Positions 31,631-43,996 of a stretch of 64,000 nt of DNA are shown in pieces. The translations under genes and the position numbers were made by a program. Source of the DNA: Amphiscolops sp. MND2022 (Eukaryota). Positions within the stretch are counted from its first letter, which is position 1, and each line of letters opens with the position of its first letter. The stretch covers positions 33,480,001 through 33,544,000 of the forward strand of contig OZ076415.1 of the NCBI GenBank assembly GCA_964187785.1, written 5' to 3'. Below the pieces are notes generated by a model that did not search any database, was not told the origin of the DNA, and was given only the letters and a program-made list of their open reading frames with translations.

Positions 31631-33590
31631 TTAATTGTTCTTTTCTGAATGTTTTGCCATAGGTTGAGTTTCCGCGATGTGCTTCTGTTGGTTTTCTGAA
31701 ACAAATTTATTACAGGTTGTTCCATTTACCGTGAACCAGTTGCTCCACATTTCTTCTGCTTTAATTTTGTGTATGTTATTATTATTTTCTAATGGGTGAC
31801 GGGATAGCCAATCTGCTATCCCTATTGTGCCACCTGGGAACATATACTACTGTAAATTGGAATGGTAGTAGGCGGTCTACCCTTGTTAGTCTAGAGGAAA
31901 ATGTTTTGTTCGATCTGTTTGTTTTTAATATTGATGCTAATGCCTTATGATCAGATATGACTTCGAATTCTGTACCACATACGAAATTTCTAAAATTTTC
32001 TATAGACCATACTACAGCTAATAATTCTAGTTCGTTAATAGAGTATTTCTTTTTAAATTTGGTCAAGAATCTAGATGCGTAGTGAGTTGTTTCCCATTCC
32101 GTGTTCTGTTTTCGTTGAAGTACTGCCCCTAGTCCTTCTTTGCTAGCGTCGCAGATGATTCTTGTTGGAACATCTCTTTCAAATGTATTATTTCTGTTAA
32201 TTTCTTGATTGCGTCTTTGATTCGTTTAAGTGCTTCTTCTTGCTCTTTATCCCATTTCCGTTCGTTATCCTTGCATAGTAGTGGTCTTAGTGGGGCGCAT
32301 AAATGAGCTAGACCAGGAATGAATCTATTCATTTGAATGATGGCTCCGATGAAAGATCGTAAGTCTTTCAGATTCTCTGGGCGCAGTCTATCCGTGATGG
32401 CTTGCACTTTTTCATCTATTGGTTCGACTCCGGCTGCTGAAAATTCATAGCCCACTCATTCTGTTTCCCTTTTTGCTGATTTACACTTTTCTATTTTCAA
32501 ACTTATTCCTGCTTTATCTAATACAGTTAAAACTTCTTCGACTTTTTTCATGTGTGACTATTTAGTTCCTTTTGTGACTATTAAAATGTCATCAAGAAAT
32601 ACAAACGTGTTCTTTGTTGATGGTAAGATGTTACCCATGATCTTTTGGAACTCTGGGGGCATTATTGGTAATTCATAATAACCTGTGTTGAATGCATATG
32701 TTCCGGTTGACTCGCCTCCCAGAATCTGGCAATTGCAATGCTCTGCTGTGTCCGGGTGGAGCAGTGTTTGTCCATATGCATATAGCATATCCAATGATGA
32801 GAACATTACTTCGCCTTCTTTGTTTTCGTTTACTATCTCCGCAATGTTTTCCATTAAGTTCTCCAAATTGGGCATTCGGTGTTTACTTTTCAGAATGGCA
32901 TTATTCAGCGATCTGGCATCTAGCGCAATCTTGACACTTCTGTCTTTTTTGAATGTGATTACCACCGGTTGGATGAACATTTCGTCAGATATTTTGTCGA
33001 CTCTTCTGATGTGTCCTGCGTCTAGTAGACTCTTGAATTCTGCGTCCACTGCCTTCTGGAGTTGAAGTAGTACTCGGCGTCCCTTTTGTTGAGTTATCTT
33101 CGCCCCTTCTTTAAATTCAATTTTTATGTTATGACCTGAAATTTTTCCTTGCCTTTCGAAGAGTTTTGGAAATTTGTTTTTCATTTGTTTTAGTTCTGGT
33201 GATAATTCAACGTGATTTACATGATTTAAAATGTTGTTTTACTCACTTTCTGGTTTTGCTTCTGCTACATGAAAGTTTAGTTGTGTTAGCCAGTGGCGAC
33301 CAATCAAAGACCTTTTCCCGTCTCTTGCAATTACCAGCCTTTCTTTCTTGAAGTTTCGTTTCCCCACCTGCACGTCAACTGTAAAAAAACCAAGTAAGGT
33401 TAACGGTTTTCCGTTATAATCTACAAATTGTTCTTTTTTCGATAGGGGCCTGGTAAAAACCAAATCTGACTTTAATATTTTGCGTAAGTCTTCTTTTGTA
33501 AAGATCTTAGTTGGTGATCCCGAATCGATCTTTGTTGTGAATGGTTGTTTGTTTTATTTTGCCTTTCAACATGAAAGGTGACGTGCCATT
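31631..33590 (-). pseudogene. PR-RT-RNase H of the Mag-like element, frameshifted
   Basis: IDSGSP, QPVVITFKKDRSVKIALDAR, FLDDIL, ELELLAVVW, SDHKAL. Confidence 0.88.
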
Positions 33591-33598
33591 TCCTCCTT

Positions 33599-34564
33599 CT
33601 AACTGCAACCCTTTTTTAAATCTTCGTCTACTTCTGAGCTGTCCTCTGATTTGTCCGCTGTTTGTCCAATAGGATTAACTCTTCTTATTCCGCCGCGATT
33701 TGCAAATTTGGCATTTCCTCCGAAGTTGGCAACTTTGGGTCTTTTGCACATTCGCATGAAATGTCCAATTACGCCACAATTGCGACATTTCTCTCCTTTT
33801 GCTTTGCACACAGATAAGTGGTTTTGATTAAACTCCAGACCACATCTTGTGCACGGGTTTTTTCCGCGGCCATCTATCGCGTATACTGTTTCTTTTTTAT
33901 TGTACTGCCACCCGTGAAGTTTTGTTGTTGTGCAATTCCTTCTCCAAAGGTAACAGCGAATCGTAACGCTTCCTGCGGTTGATTTTTTCGAATCAGTGCA
34001 CAAGCGTTCTTGCACTGTTTTATTGTGCATGTTTTGAATGAATGCGTCCATGATCAATCCTTCCGTCTGTTGATCAAATTCACAACGTGCTGCTAGGCCT
34101 GTCAGTGCGTTCCAGAACTGTCGAAGTGACTCATTAGGTTGTTGCTTTCGTGAAAAGAACTTGAAACGGTCTAATGTTCTGTTTCTTGGTCTTTGGAACG
34201 TTTCCTCGCAGTTTATTTTAATTTCATTTAGTGACGCTGTTGCAACTGTCATATTCGGATATTTGTCCGTTAGATTCTTTCGTGCAGCTGTTACCAGAGA
34301 CAAGAACAAAATGCTTACTATTTTGCGTTCTGCGGCAAGTTCGTTGATGTTGTTCAGTAAAGCCGCCTGCCGTGGTTGGCTTTGTGTGGGTGTTCGTAGT
34401 AATTCGTGATCGGAGATAGAATGTTTGGCATTAACTGCTACTATGAAGATGTCCCACCATTTTTCCCATTCAGTTTGAGGTGGGGTCTCGTGATGATCCC
34501 AGAATGATGGCAGTCCCGCCAGAGCTGACGGACCGCTTGATGATGTGCTTTCGCTCGAGTCCAT
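33599..34564 (-). pseudogene. gag: Gag of the Mag-like element
   Basis: WEKW..F, RFKFFSRKQQPNES, and CTRCG..H..C plus CRNCGVIGHFMRMC knuckles. Confidence 0.85.
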
Positions 34565-34579
34565 GATGTCGCAGCGCCA

Positions 34580-34772
34580 TGTAATAGCTATCTGTAGCTG
34601 AGATGTTTAGAGAAAACTCGTGAACAAGCAATACTGTATTCTCGTTAGACCTTGTGGCAAACGGCCGTATTTTTACACAAGTTTTATACAGTTTTTGTAT
34701 GTAAACAACTTGTTCAATTAATTATTTTAGACTGCTTTTTTATTGAGTTCAGTTCGAGATTGCTCTCTCACA
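34580..34772 (-). repeat. 5' LTR of the Mag-like element
   Basis: TGTGAGAG..TATTACA, followed by the PBS. Confidence 0.88.
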
Positions 34773-34780
34773 TGACTAGA

Positions 34781-35037
34781 ATCATTTTCGAAGAGAAGCT
34801 GATTTGACAATCAAGTTGATTTGACATCATTTGATCGTTCGAACCGTCAAGTTTTAAAAAAACACTCCTTGAAATAACCCATTCCGTCTTGAATTAATTC
34901 AAGACGGAAAGAGTTATATCAAAGCAGGGTTTTTTCAAAACTTGATTGTTTGAACCATCAAAATGATGTCAAATCAACTTCTCTTCGAAAATGATACGAG
35001 ATCTCGTATCATTTTCGAAGAGAAGCTGATTTGACAT
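34781..35037. repeat. Foldback/MITE-like palindromic element
   Basis: ATCATTTTCGAAGAGAAG(C/T)TGATTTGACA occurs three times in alternating orientation; palindromes at 34882-34909 and 34966-35037. Confidence 0.8.
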
Positions 35038-36459
35038 GGATTGTTTCAACTTGAACAATCTCAAATCTGTTTTACAAAATTATTCAAGAAATCGTGAAAA
35101 AAATTGGCTTAACTCAGGCATTCTCAATGTTTGGGCAGGCAATCAGTTAGAAAATTCAAAAGCAACAGTTTAAAATAATTACCATTCAATAACCTGGTAG
35201 TACAAATGAAAATCCAAAAAAATGACTATTCAAAAGATTAATGTACTCAAAACATTGACTATATGACTCGGCCTTCCTCCTTCGGGGCGTTCCGCGCCTC
35301 TCCAGGTCGGCCTTCGTCAAAACCAGCCGCTGGATCAGCAGTGGCACGTCGATCTGCTTCGCTTCGCTCCTGCATTTATGGCACTATTGGTATGTGAATG
35401 AAGCTGAAAATCTAAATAAAATTTTATTTAGATTTCCAGCTAAATTTTAGTAGTCAGTAATTTCGTCCTCATTTGAAGACAAGCATGTTTATTACCAATG
35501 ACAGTGACTTTATCAACAAAAAATTATTGGTATGGCCTAAAGGTGGTTCTTGGCAGAAAACAACCCCAGCCAGTTTTCTGGAGGTGCAATTATCAGCATC
35601 AAAGCTTCAATACTTGAATGTCATGCCATAATTGGAAAAGCGTCTGCAGGACTAATTTTCATTTCACCGACTATGTATCTGTTGGAATTTTTAATTCATA
35701 TAATCAGTGAGTGCTACGCAACAAATTCATGAAATTCATAAAACAAATAGCTACTACTTTCAGCTAGTTTGATATGCACGTCAACAGGCTTAAAAGCGTT
35801 TGTGTGGTTTTTAATTTTGATACATAAAACTGGCTGCTCGATGTAGCAAGAGATTGTCACATGCTACACAAGAAACAACCGCATTGCGTTGGTTTCAGAT
35901 ATATTGTACAGCGTATACGATATACTCACTGATATACAATTCGTTTGACGAAAATTGTACAAAAACTGAAACACACGCTCTTATGTCGTCTTGTATCGTC
36001 TCGCAGAGTTGCAAAATATGAATGAAAGTTTCCTTGCTGCTTTCCAAAATCCACCAAGATTTACTATGTTGGTCCGACTGGGTTACGATGTTGGTACAGA
36101 AACATCTGGACTACATTTTTATTTTGCGAACTTTCATCAATAGAAAAACTAACGAATTTTAGCTATTACAGATTATTTTTAGCTGTTACATCGACCAAAC
36201 CATACTTTAACCGAATCAAATCATTGAATTTGAACACATTAGCTTTCAATTGCATTGAACGCAGCTGGCCAATAAGAACCGAATATTTCTGCTATAAAAT
36301 CAGCAAATTTCAAAATCATTCGGGTGTACAGCCTATCGCCAGATTTGCTACCTATCACCGTCATTTTGATGATGAAAATTAAAATCACCAAACAACCCGC
36401 GCAATTTTTCAACCCTCGTAATCTCTCCGATTGCCTCTAAAAGTCCGTTCACATGGTTG

Positions 36460-36481
36460 TGACGTCATACCAGTGACGTCA
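36460..36481 (+). promoter_or_regulatory. Two CRE/ATF palindromes (TGACGTCA)
   Basis: Exact sites at 36460-36467 and 36474-36481, 20-40 nt upstream of GCCAACATGG. Confidence 0.6.
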
Positions 36482-36501
36482 TCGAACTGCAAGTAGCCAA
36501 C

Positions 36502-37051
36502 ATGGCGGATTTGAGTGACGAAGTAAGACGTCTAACTGTTCTGCCATCACCACCTAAAGCCCTGGAAGGAGATCAAGCAGTTCTAGAACAACTCGGCCAT
36601 AAAAAAGCTTTGCACTTGTTGAGTAAAAATGGCGTTGATGTAAATACTGGATATCTCATCAACAAGCTCAGAACATCAGAGATTTCGTTCTTGAGTGAGT
36701 TTTTTTCGATTTTTTAAAATTTTTCTGATAAATTTATTCAGTTGGTATCCGATAAAACTGATTAATCGCATAGGTGCAATTAATGGAACCCTGGAGTTTT
36801 ACTCAGTGCAATTTTCAATCAAAATACTTGCAGGTTTTGAGATATTTTGTTGTTTTTTGAACGAAATGATGGAAGCACAAACAGGGATTGCTTTCTGAAT
36901 ATACTCGGCTGATTTCTCGTCTTCATTAAAATCGAGTATTTATTAATTGTTTCTTCCAGTAGCAACAAGCTGGGAACAATCAAAGTTTGCGCCCAGCCTA
37001 AAACTTGAAGGGAGCAAAAATCTCATGAACATGCTGAAGAAAAGATATTGA
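36502..37051 (+). CDS. Candidate two-exon gene, 94-aa protein of unknown function
   Basis: Exon 36502-36694, donor GTGAGT, acceptor TTCTTCCAG (36959), exon 36960-37051. Phases match, giving ..SEISFLIATSWEQSKFAPSLKLEGSKNLMNMLKKRY*. Confidence 0.55.
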
Positions 37052-37090
37052 AAGTGATTAAAAGTTTTAAAATATGGGCTCTTAACGATT

Positions 37091-37390
37091 AAAAAAGACG
37101 GAAACGTCTAAAATCGGCGCTGTACTTGAAGCTCAAAAAGCGCAAAGTTTTTAAAATATGTTCAGGTCTATGGTTAAAATTTAATCAGTTTTACAGTGCC
37201 GAAAATACTAGAATAAGCACAAGATTCGAAAACCACTTTCCCCCAAATGGAACCAACAAAAAAACCAATTATCCTGGAAAAAAATCGAATTTTCGTTTTC
37301 GGAAAAAGACTCATAGTACCGAAAAACCCAAAAGGAGACCTATTAAATTCGCAAAACACTTTTTAAAGCCAACATTTTGGCTTTAGCACA
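37091..37390 (+). mobile_element. Diverged HINE-like copy, one end only
   Basis: AAAAAAGACGGAAACGTCTAAAATCGGCGCTGTACTTGAAGCTC resembles the terminus of 28017-28630. Confidence 0.45.
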
Positions 37391-37399
37391 ATCATTGAG

Positions 37400-40300
37400 A
37401 GAACTCCCATCAGTCCCACAGGTCTAAAAAATAATTATGACTGCGTGAAAAGCAGTCGGTTGCATGCGCTGAATTGATTATTGAATTACGTAATATTCAA
37501 CGCCGCTACATGAAAATGGGTCTTTCCAATGAAATAAAGTGCATTGAAAACACAAATTTGTCCACAATTCTTGCCAAATTATACGCATTAATACTGGAAA
37601 AAGATAGTGAAATCTTGGAATTACGGCACAAAGTTACCAATTTGGAAGAACGAATTACTGAGCAGGAGATTTATTCGTCCAAAGACTCAATTAATATTGA
37701 AAACTTACCTTTAATTCACAGTAAGGAATCACTATCGAAACAGGTATGTCTCTTCTTTGAAAAATTTTTGGGCTACAAAACAATCCCGAGTCGCTTCAAA
37801 GCATGTCATCAGCTGGGACCGGGCTCAAGCAACAAACCAGCGGCAGTCATCGTGAAGTTTATTTTCTTCGACGAAAAAAATGAAATATATGGCCGAAAAT
37901 CATGGTTAGCAGATCAAAAAAACCCAATCAATGGGTGAAAAATTTTTTTGAGAGAACGTTTTCCACCATGTCAGAAAGAGATACTGACCATGCTTTGAAA
38001 GAAAATCCTATTACTTCAACAATCAATTGTCAAATCAAAGTCTTTCGAAAAGATGAGGAGGGAAAGATCAAAAGTTTTACTTGTAAAATCAAAAAAAGCA
38101 GTAGACGACATCAAGCAAGTTGCTGTCAAGAAGGTACATCGTCAACAACCTATTACAACAAACGCGAGTGGCAAGACGCCCTTACCAGAATCAAGTGTAC
38201 AAACACCCGATTCAGCTATCAAATGTTCCGAAAAAAATTATCATGCCGTCTTGAAACGACTTCGAGAATCTCCGGGTGATGGTTTCAATGTTCTAAAAAA
38301 TTTCTGTATGGACTCCAGTGCTGTTACATCAAACGATGATTTCCAAGAAACGGATCCAACGTTTAGCGGTCAAAACAAATAATACGAAAAAACAAATCAA
38401 TTGCGTTAGCACCATAATTTACTTTAATATCACATTGTTTGACTGCTAAACGAGGTAATAACACACCTAAACTCAACCTTTTTGTTTGTATTATTCATGA
38501 ATAAAGAGAATCAAACAAAGGCGCCACTCGGTACCGAAAAAATTCCTTTTGTAAAGTGCACAAATATTCAATCGCTACGCTGCCATCGTCATGACCTAAG
38601 AGATGAACTAGAAAACTACGAAAACAAACCAGCAATAATAGCGCTAACGGAAACGTGGTTAACAGAGAATGACGACCTTGAAAACGACTATAACATGGAA
38701 AAATATCAACCAATCGAATCGAAGCCAAGAACCTCAGGTCAGGAACGTGGAGGTGTTGCTTTTTATGTCCAGGACGATATTAAAAACAAAGTTATTGAAT
38801 TTCAAAGTGCAATTGAATGCCTGATCATACAAACAAATTTTGATACAAAAACAATCCGAAACTTTTGCGTTATATAGAGACCACACAGCCACAAAACCCC
38901 TAGGTTTTTGCAAGAGTTCGAACAGTTACTCGAGTTTTTACGGCGATTGAAAACTGACACTATTTTGTGCGGTGACTTCAACATTGACACAATTAAAGAA
39001 TCAAAGGACAAATCGGATTATGAGAAACTGCTTCTAGCACTTGATTTCAAACGGCAAAATTTTGAACCTACTAGAGTAACACCAACATTCGCAACCTGCC
39101 TCGATCATGTTGTAACAAATTATCAAATAATTACTGAAACTATCAAAACAACAATCAGTGATCATTACACTGTCTTAGGAGAGATCCCTGGTGTTATCGT
39201 GAAAGAAGCTGAGAATAGAGAGATGAAACAACTGTCGCGGGACCTACGCAAAATTAAAGGTGGGAACGCATTGAACTTTTTGTTCCTCCTAGATCAAACA
39301 CGCAAAAAGCTCGAACCATTAAAACAAAAAGACCTTGAAAAGATAGCAGAGATTATTATGCTTTGTGTAGATAAATTTGCACCAGTAAAAGAATCAACAG
39401 TGAAAAAATTGTCGAATGACTGGATTAACAACAAATTGAAGAACGAAATCACTGAAAGAAACAAACTGTTTAAAAATTGGGTAAAATGTCCAATTGAACA
39501 AAAAAGTATTTATAAAAACCAAAGGACCATCGTGACAAAATTAATAAAAAATGCCAAACGCCAAAGCAATTATGATGAGCTGGAAGAAAATCCAAGCGCA
39601 AAAATGATTTATCGAAACATGAAAAGTTACCGAAGGCATGATCAACCCGCTGTAAATCTTCCTAAACTAGAGAAAATTAACCAATTTTTCACAGCCACTG
39701 GTCCAAAATTGGCCTCGTCTATTCCTTCTGCGCAACACAAATATGACGTTGACAAAATTGAGAACTCGATGGTCTTGAATTACACAAATGAATTGGAAGT
39801 TTCTAAAATAATTGCGAGTTTAAAAAACAAGAAAAGCAGTGGTAACGATGGCATCGGAAACGAAATTTTAAAACGTTGTTCACCAATAATCGAAAAATAT
39901 TTGGTGGGAAGTTTTAATTACTGTATTGAAAAACAGTTTTTTCCTGGATGTCTGAAAATTGCCAAGGTGTTACCTTTATTCAAAAAGGGTGACTAAAGTC
40001 TACCATGTAACTACCGTCCAAAAGGTCTTCTGAGCTCCCTTAGTAAAGTTTTTGAGAAAGTTTTGTACAAGCGAATAGTCAAATTTTTTCACAAAAACAA
40101 TTTCTTTACCCCAGCGCAGAATGGTTTCAGACCAAAATATTCATGCGCTCATGCAATTGCCGAAATAACTGACTTCATAAGAGATGAAATTGATAAAAAA
40201 TCAAATGGAATAGCCTGTTTTTTTATCTATAGAAAGCTTTTGACTCGTTAAATCATAAAATACTGTTAGCGAAACTGAATAATTATGGATTCAGAGGCCC

Positions 40301-41340
40301 CGTATATAATATATTGGTTGACTATCTTTCAACCAGATCACAGTATGTATTTGTGAATGGGAATCGGAGTGATGTTGCTGAAATTGTTACGGGAGTTCCC
40401 CAAGGTCAGTTCTCGGTCCCTTGTTGTTCCTGGTATATATCAATGACTTTCCACAGACCTTTCAGTATGATAATAAAATTGCACTTTTCGCAGATGACAA
40501 ATTCATCATTAAAACTTCAAAAGGGAGTTGTAACATGCAAAATGACTTAGATAAAATTTGTGATTGGTTTAATTACAAATAACAAATTGTCTATCAACAC
40601 CACAAAATGTGAGACTATGTCTTTTGGTAGCAACTACCAAAATTCGCTAACTGTTCATAATGAAGTTATTTCACGAAACTCATGTTGTAAGTATTTGGGT
40701 GTGTATAAAGACTCTAATTTAACATTCAGAGACCATATTAATCACGTAGTAAAAAAACTCAATAAATTTTGCGGCCTGATCTATAGAGTTGGGGATATTT
40801 ATCCAATAAATGGTTTAATGTCGTTTTACAATGCGTATGCTAGGAGTGTAATTTGCTATGGCCTATTGATTTATGGGTGCGCAGCGAGAACAAACCTTGA
40901 AAAAATTGAAATGGCACAAAGGCGAATTATTAGAGCTATTCTATTCAAAAAAAGTATGACAGTTTACAAGATATTCTGCGGCAAACCAAGCCCAATACAG
41001 TTTTTGAATTGAATGTTTTGGATGTTTTCCGAGAAATCTTTAATCGACTGAGAACTAATGGAACAACGAAATTTTCAGAACTGGTTGCTGAAAAAAACAT
41101 CAAAAAACGAGAAGATCAAAAAAAGGTATCTTGCCAATACCCTATAGCCGAACAAAAAGTAAACCAAAATCGGTTGAACATACACTAATCAGAAGATATA
41201 ATTGGTTGCTGAAATTGAACTTAATACCTGTTGGTATCGAAACCATGTCACAGGCGCAAATCAAAACTTACCTGAAAGACATAAATAGGCTTTATATAAC
41301 AGATAGTAGTGACCTTTTTGCATTATTCTTCCAATGAAAA
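37400..41340 (+). mobile_element. Near full-length degenerate CR1/L2-group LINE
   Basis: Coiled-coil/RRM-type ORF1 (HQLGP..AVIVKF). ORF2 has APE motifs (LTETWL, GGVAFYV, CGDFNID, CLDHV, SDHY) and RT motifs (GVPQG, FADD), with many frameshifts. Confidence 0.9.
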
Positions 41341-42330
41341 AGTTGGTCGCTGTTCTTGAGACACTGCTGGATCTATAACATTAACTAATGAATTAACGAT
41401 GTTTCTTTTTCGCGTAAACTTAGTGGTGACTGTGAATAACAAATGAATCAGTTTGAGTTGGTCTGAATTTGGTTCTCTAATGTCCAGGGCAGAAACTCGA
41501 AGGGCTGATTATGCTCCTTGTCTGTCCTGCTTGGACGTTTTTGTTACTTTAATTTTTTTTGATAATTGTCATTTTGTAATATGCATACGTTCAAGAAACA
41601 TGAAACTTCAAACTTCAATTAGAGGTTACCCTTAAAACTGGGAAAGCGGTTTTGCTCAACCGAAAAATTCTCGAAAAAATTTTCGAAAAATGTCTCCGGT
41701 AAGTCGCATAGTGTCGAAAACAACAAGGAGTCCTCTTTGTTCGGAAAACGTTTGGTTTCTGGTAAAAATCCCGGCGGAGGACTTCGATAAAAACAAATTA
41801 CAAAAAACTCGCGTAGTATCGAAAAAAAACGCCGGTCTTAAAAAAACAAAGTTCGGATATAGCGCTATATTTTCGAACCTCAGCATCCTCCGTAGTGAAA
41901 CGCAACTTACTTCGGATAAAATGTCAAAAGCTCGGATATAGCGTGCTGGGCCACTGGGAGAACCTAAAATTAAAACGGAAAATGGTCATTTTGAAAATTC
42001 TTACAATGCCAAAAATGTAAAGGGGCTTTTTTAACATCCAATTTGGTGCAAAATATCGAAACTTTCAGGGGACCTTCGGAGGCATCTGAAAAGTTTTGAA
42101 AAAAGTCTTTCGGATTTGTTGTGAAGAGCAAGCAGCTGGGTTCCATTTTTCTGAAGCAGAGTAGAGTTTGCAATTTTTAGTAAATTACCTGCATGCCGGG
42201 AGTGTAATTATCGTCCTCGACTTCAAGTCGAGCTCGACGATTATTGTAGTGAGTAGTTTTTCTCAAATGTTTCAGTTCTCAGTCGACAAAATACTTACGC
42301 CGATTCATTTTAATTACCTGATGTCTTTTT

Positions 42331-42785
42331 AGTCGGCGCTTTTTTTAATAAAAGAGCCCGACTATTACAGTCACTGGTTTTTTCTTTTTTCAAAAGACAG
42401 ACTCGAAGCGACGAACGTTAACGTTCAACTAAAGGAAACTAAACGAATAACCGAGAAACGCATCTAAGTTATTCCAAAGGGTCCTCCTTTGGTTTTTTAC
42501 TTTTTATACGTAGCCTACAAAACCGGATGAGTGTAAAGGGTCCCCCTTTTTTTCGGCACTGCGACTTTTTCTCGTTTAATTTTTCAAGGAAATCTACAAA
42601 ACCGGACTTGCCTTAAGGGTCCCCTGTGAATTTTTTTCGGCATTGTGACTTTTTTTCGAAAATTTTTTTAATGTCCCCAAAGGGTACCGCTTCGAGGTTT
42701 TTGATATTTTGCAACAGAATGTATGTGAATGAATCCAGGAGGGTCCCCTTTTACACTTTTCGGCACTATGTGACAATTGTTTCAG
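42331..42785 (-). mobile_element. HINE-like copy (hairpin end)
   Basis: Hairpin AGTCGGCGCTTTT..AAAGAGCCCGACT after a T run; GGGTCCCC repeats as in 28017-28630. Confidence 0.55.
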
Positions 42786-42789
42786 CTAA

Positions 42790-43575
42790 GTCTAGTTATA
42801 ATTTTGTGACGGTACTGTAGTATATACAGAATTACTACGCTTCAAACCAAATCGAACTGATATAACTAAAAAGTAATGAACTGGAAAAATATTAATGGAA
42901 TTGTCGAAAAACAAGATGCGCATTATGTTCTGTTTATGTCGAAAAATTGCTTTAGTCTGCCAAAGTTGTTGTACTGTTTGAGAACCAGCAAATGTTTTAA
43001 TCATCCGGCTCTCTTGGAAACGTATGACAAAACCGTACGCGACGGACTTTCCAATGTGTGTAACGTAAACTTCGACGATATTTAAAGTTCTCAGTTGGCT
43101 CTGCGAGCTGAAATGGGTGGTCTTGGGGTTCATCCGCATCATTATTAGCACTTTCCGTCTTATTGGCCTCAGTTTTTGGTGCGAGTGGCTTTCTCACGAC
43201 GCTTTTATCGGAAATTTTCGAAAATGTTTCGTTCACAAAAGCCCTTGAGAAATGGTTGAGTTTGACAAAAGAACAGGAAAGTTCTCTCGATGGAACTCAG
43301 AAAAATTGGACACAAACTGTCTACGTCAAAACCGCCCAAGATTTGATTTCTAGAATGGATGACAAAGGTTCTCATGGAGGCTTAGGGTTCTTTAGGTGAG
43401 AGCAGTGAAGTTTTCATCATGCGTCTCAGTAAAATGCTCTGTCGTTCGCACGACGATCAACGAGATGGCAGCGTCTTGAAGCAACGGGTCTCAATGGTTC
43501 TTCAAATTGCCAAAGCGGCCTGTGTTCTAGAAACTGTGAGCGACAGAGATGGGTTCGAAGAAATTTATTACAAAC
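42790..43575 (+). pseudogene. CRE-like (REL-endonuclease) non-LTR retrotransposon, 3' fragment with internal deletion
   Basis: FSLPKLLYCLRTS, EMGGLGV, ALPSYLASV, then GSLGESSEVF..LKQRVSMVLQIAKAACVL. The zinc finger and REL core are missing. Confidence 0.7.
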
Positions 43576-43996
43576 CGTGGTTTTTTTAACCTGCATATCA
43601 TTGCAGCTTTTTGAAAAAAAATTGTTTCTACCGGTCGACTGAGATAGTGGCTTGTATGAGTAGTTTGCTAGTTGTTTTTTGTTGTTACTGGTCTACTGCC
43701 ATAGTGGCTGGTATGGGTTTTCATTTTTCGTTTCAGACCACGTGGGTGTTTCTTCTCCCCCAAAATGGTGAAACACATGGCACTTGATGGATGACGAAGG
43801 TCCATGATATCTGATAGAAAAAAATATATGAATCAGATTCTAATGAGTTTTCAAAGGGATATAAATGATTTTCTTTCTTTTTTTAAAAAAAAGATCCATT
43901 TCAAAGTATCAATTACCTTTTGACATTCAAATCAATTTCGTAATTCAGCACGCGGAAACAAAATACAAGTTTTTCACACACATTTTCAATTCCCAG

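Larger units (their letters stand above)
29316..34772 (-). mobile_element. Degenerate Mag-like Ty3/gypsy element
   Basis: LTRs at 34580-34772 and 29316-29512 (about 90% identical by eye); PBS TGGCGCTGCGAC; PPT AAAAAGGGG; gag, DSG protease, RT, RNase H and IN fragments with many frameshifts. Confidence 0.9.

Noticed and set aside
22767-36400. Search for Maverick pPolB or TIR
   Set aside because: No protein-primed PolB motifs or (AGT)n terminus recognised in the window.
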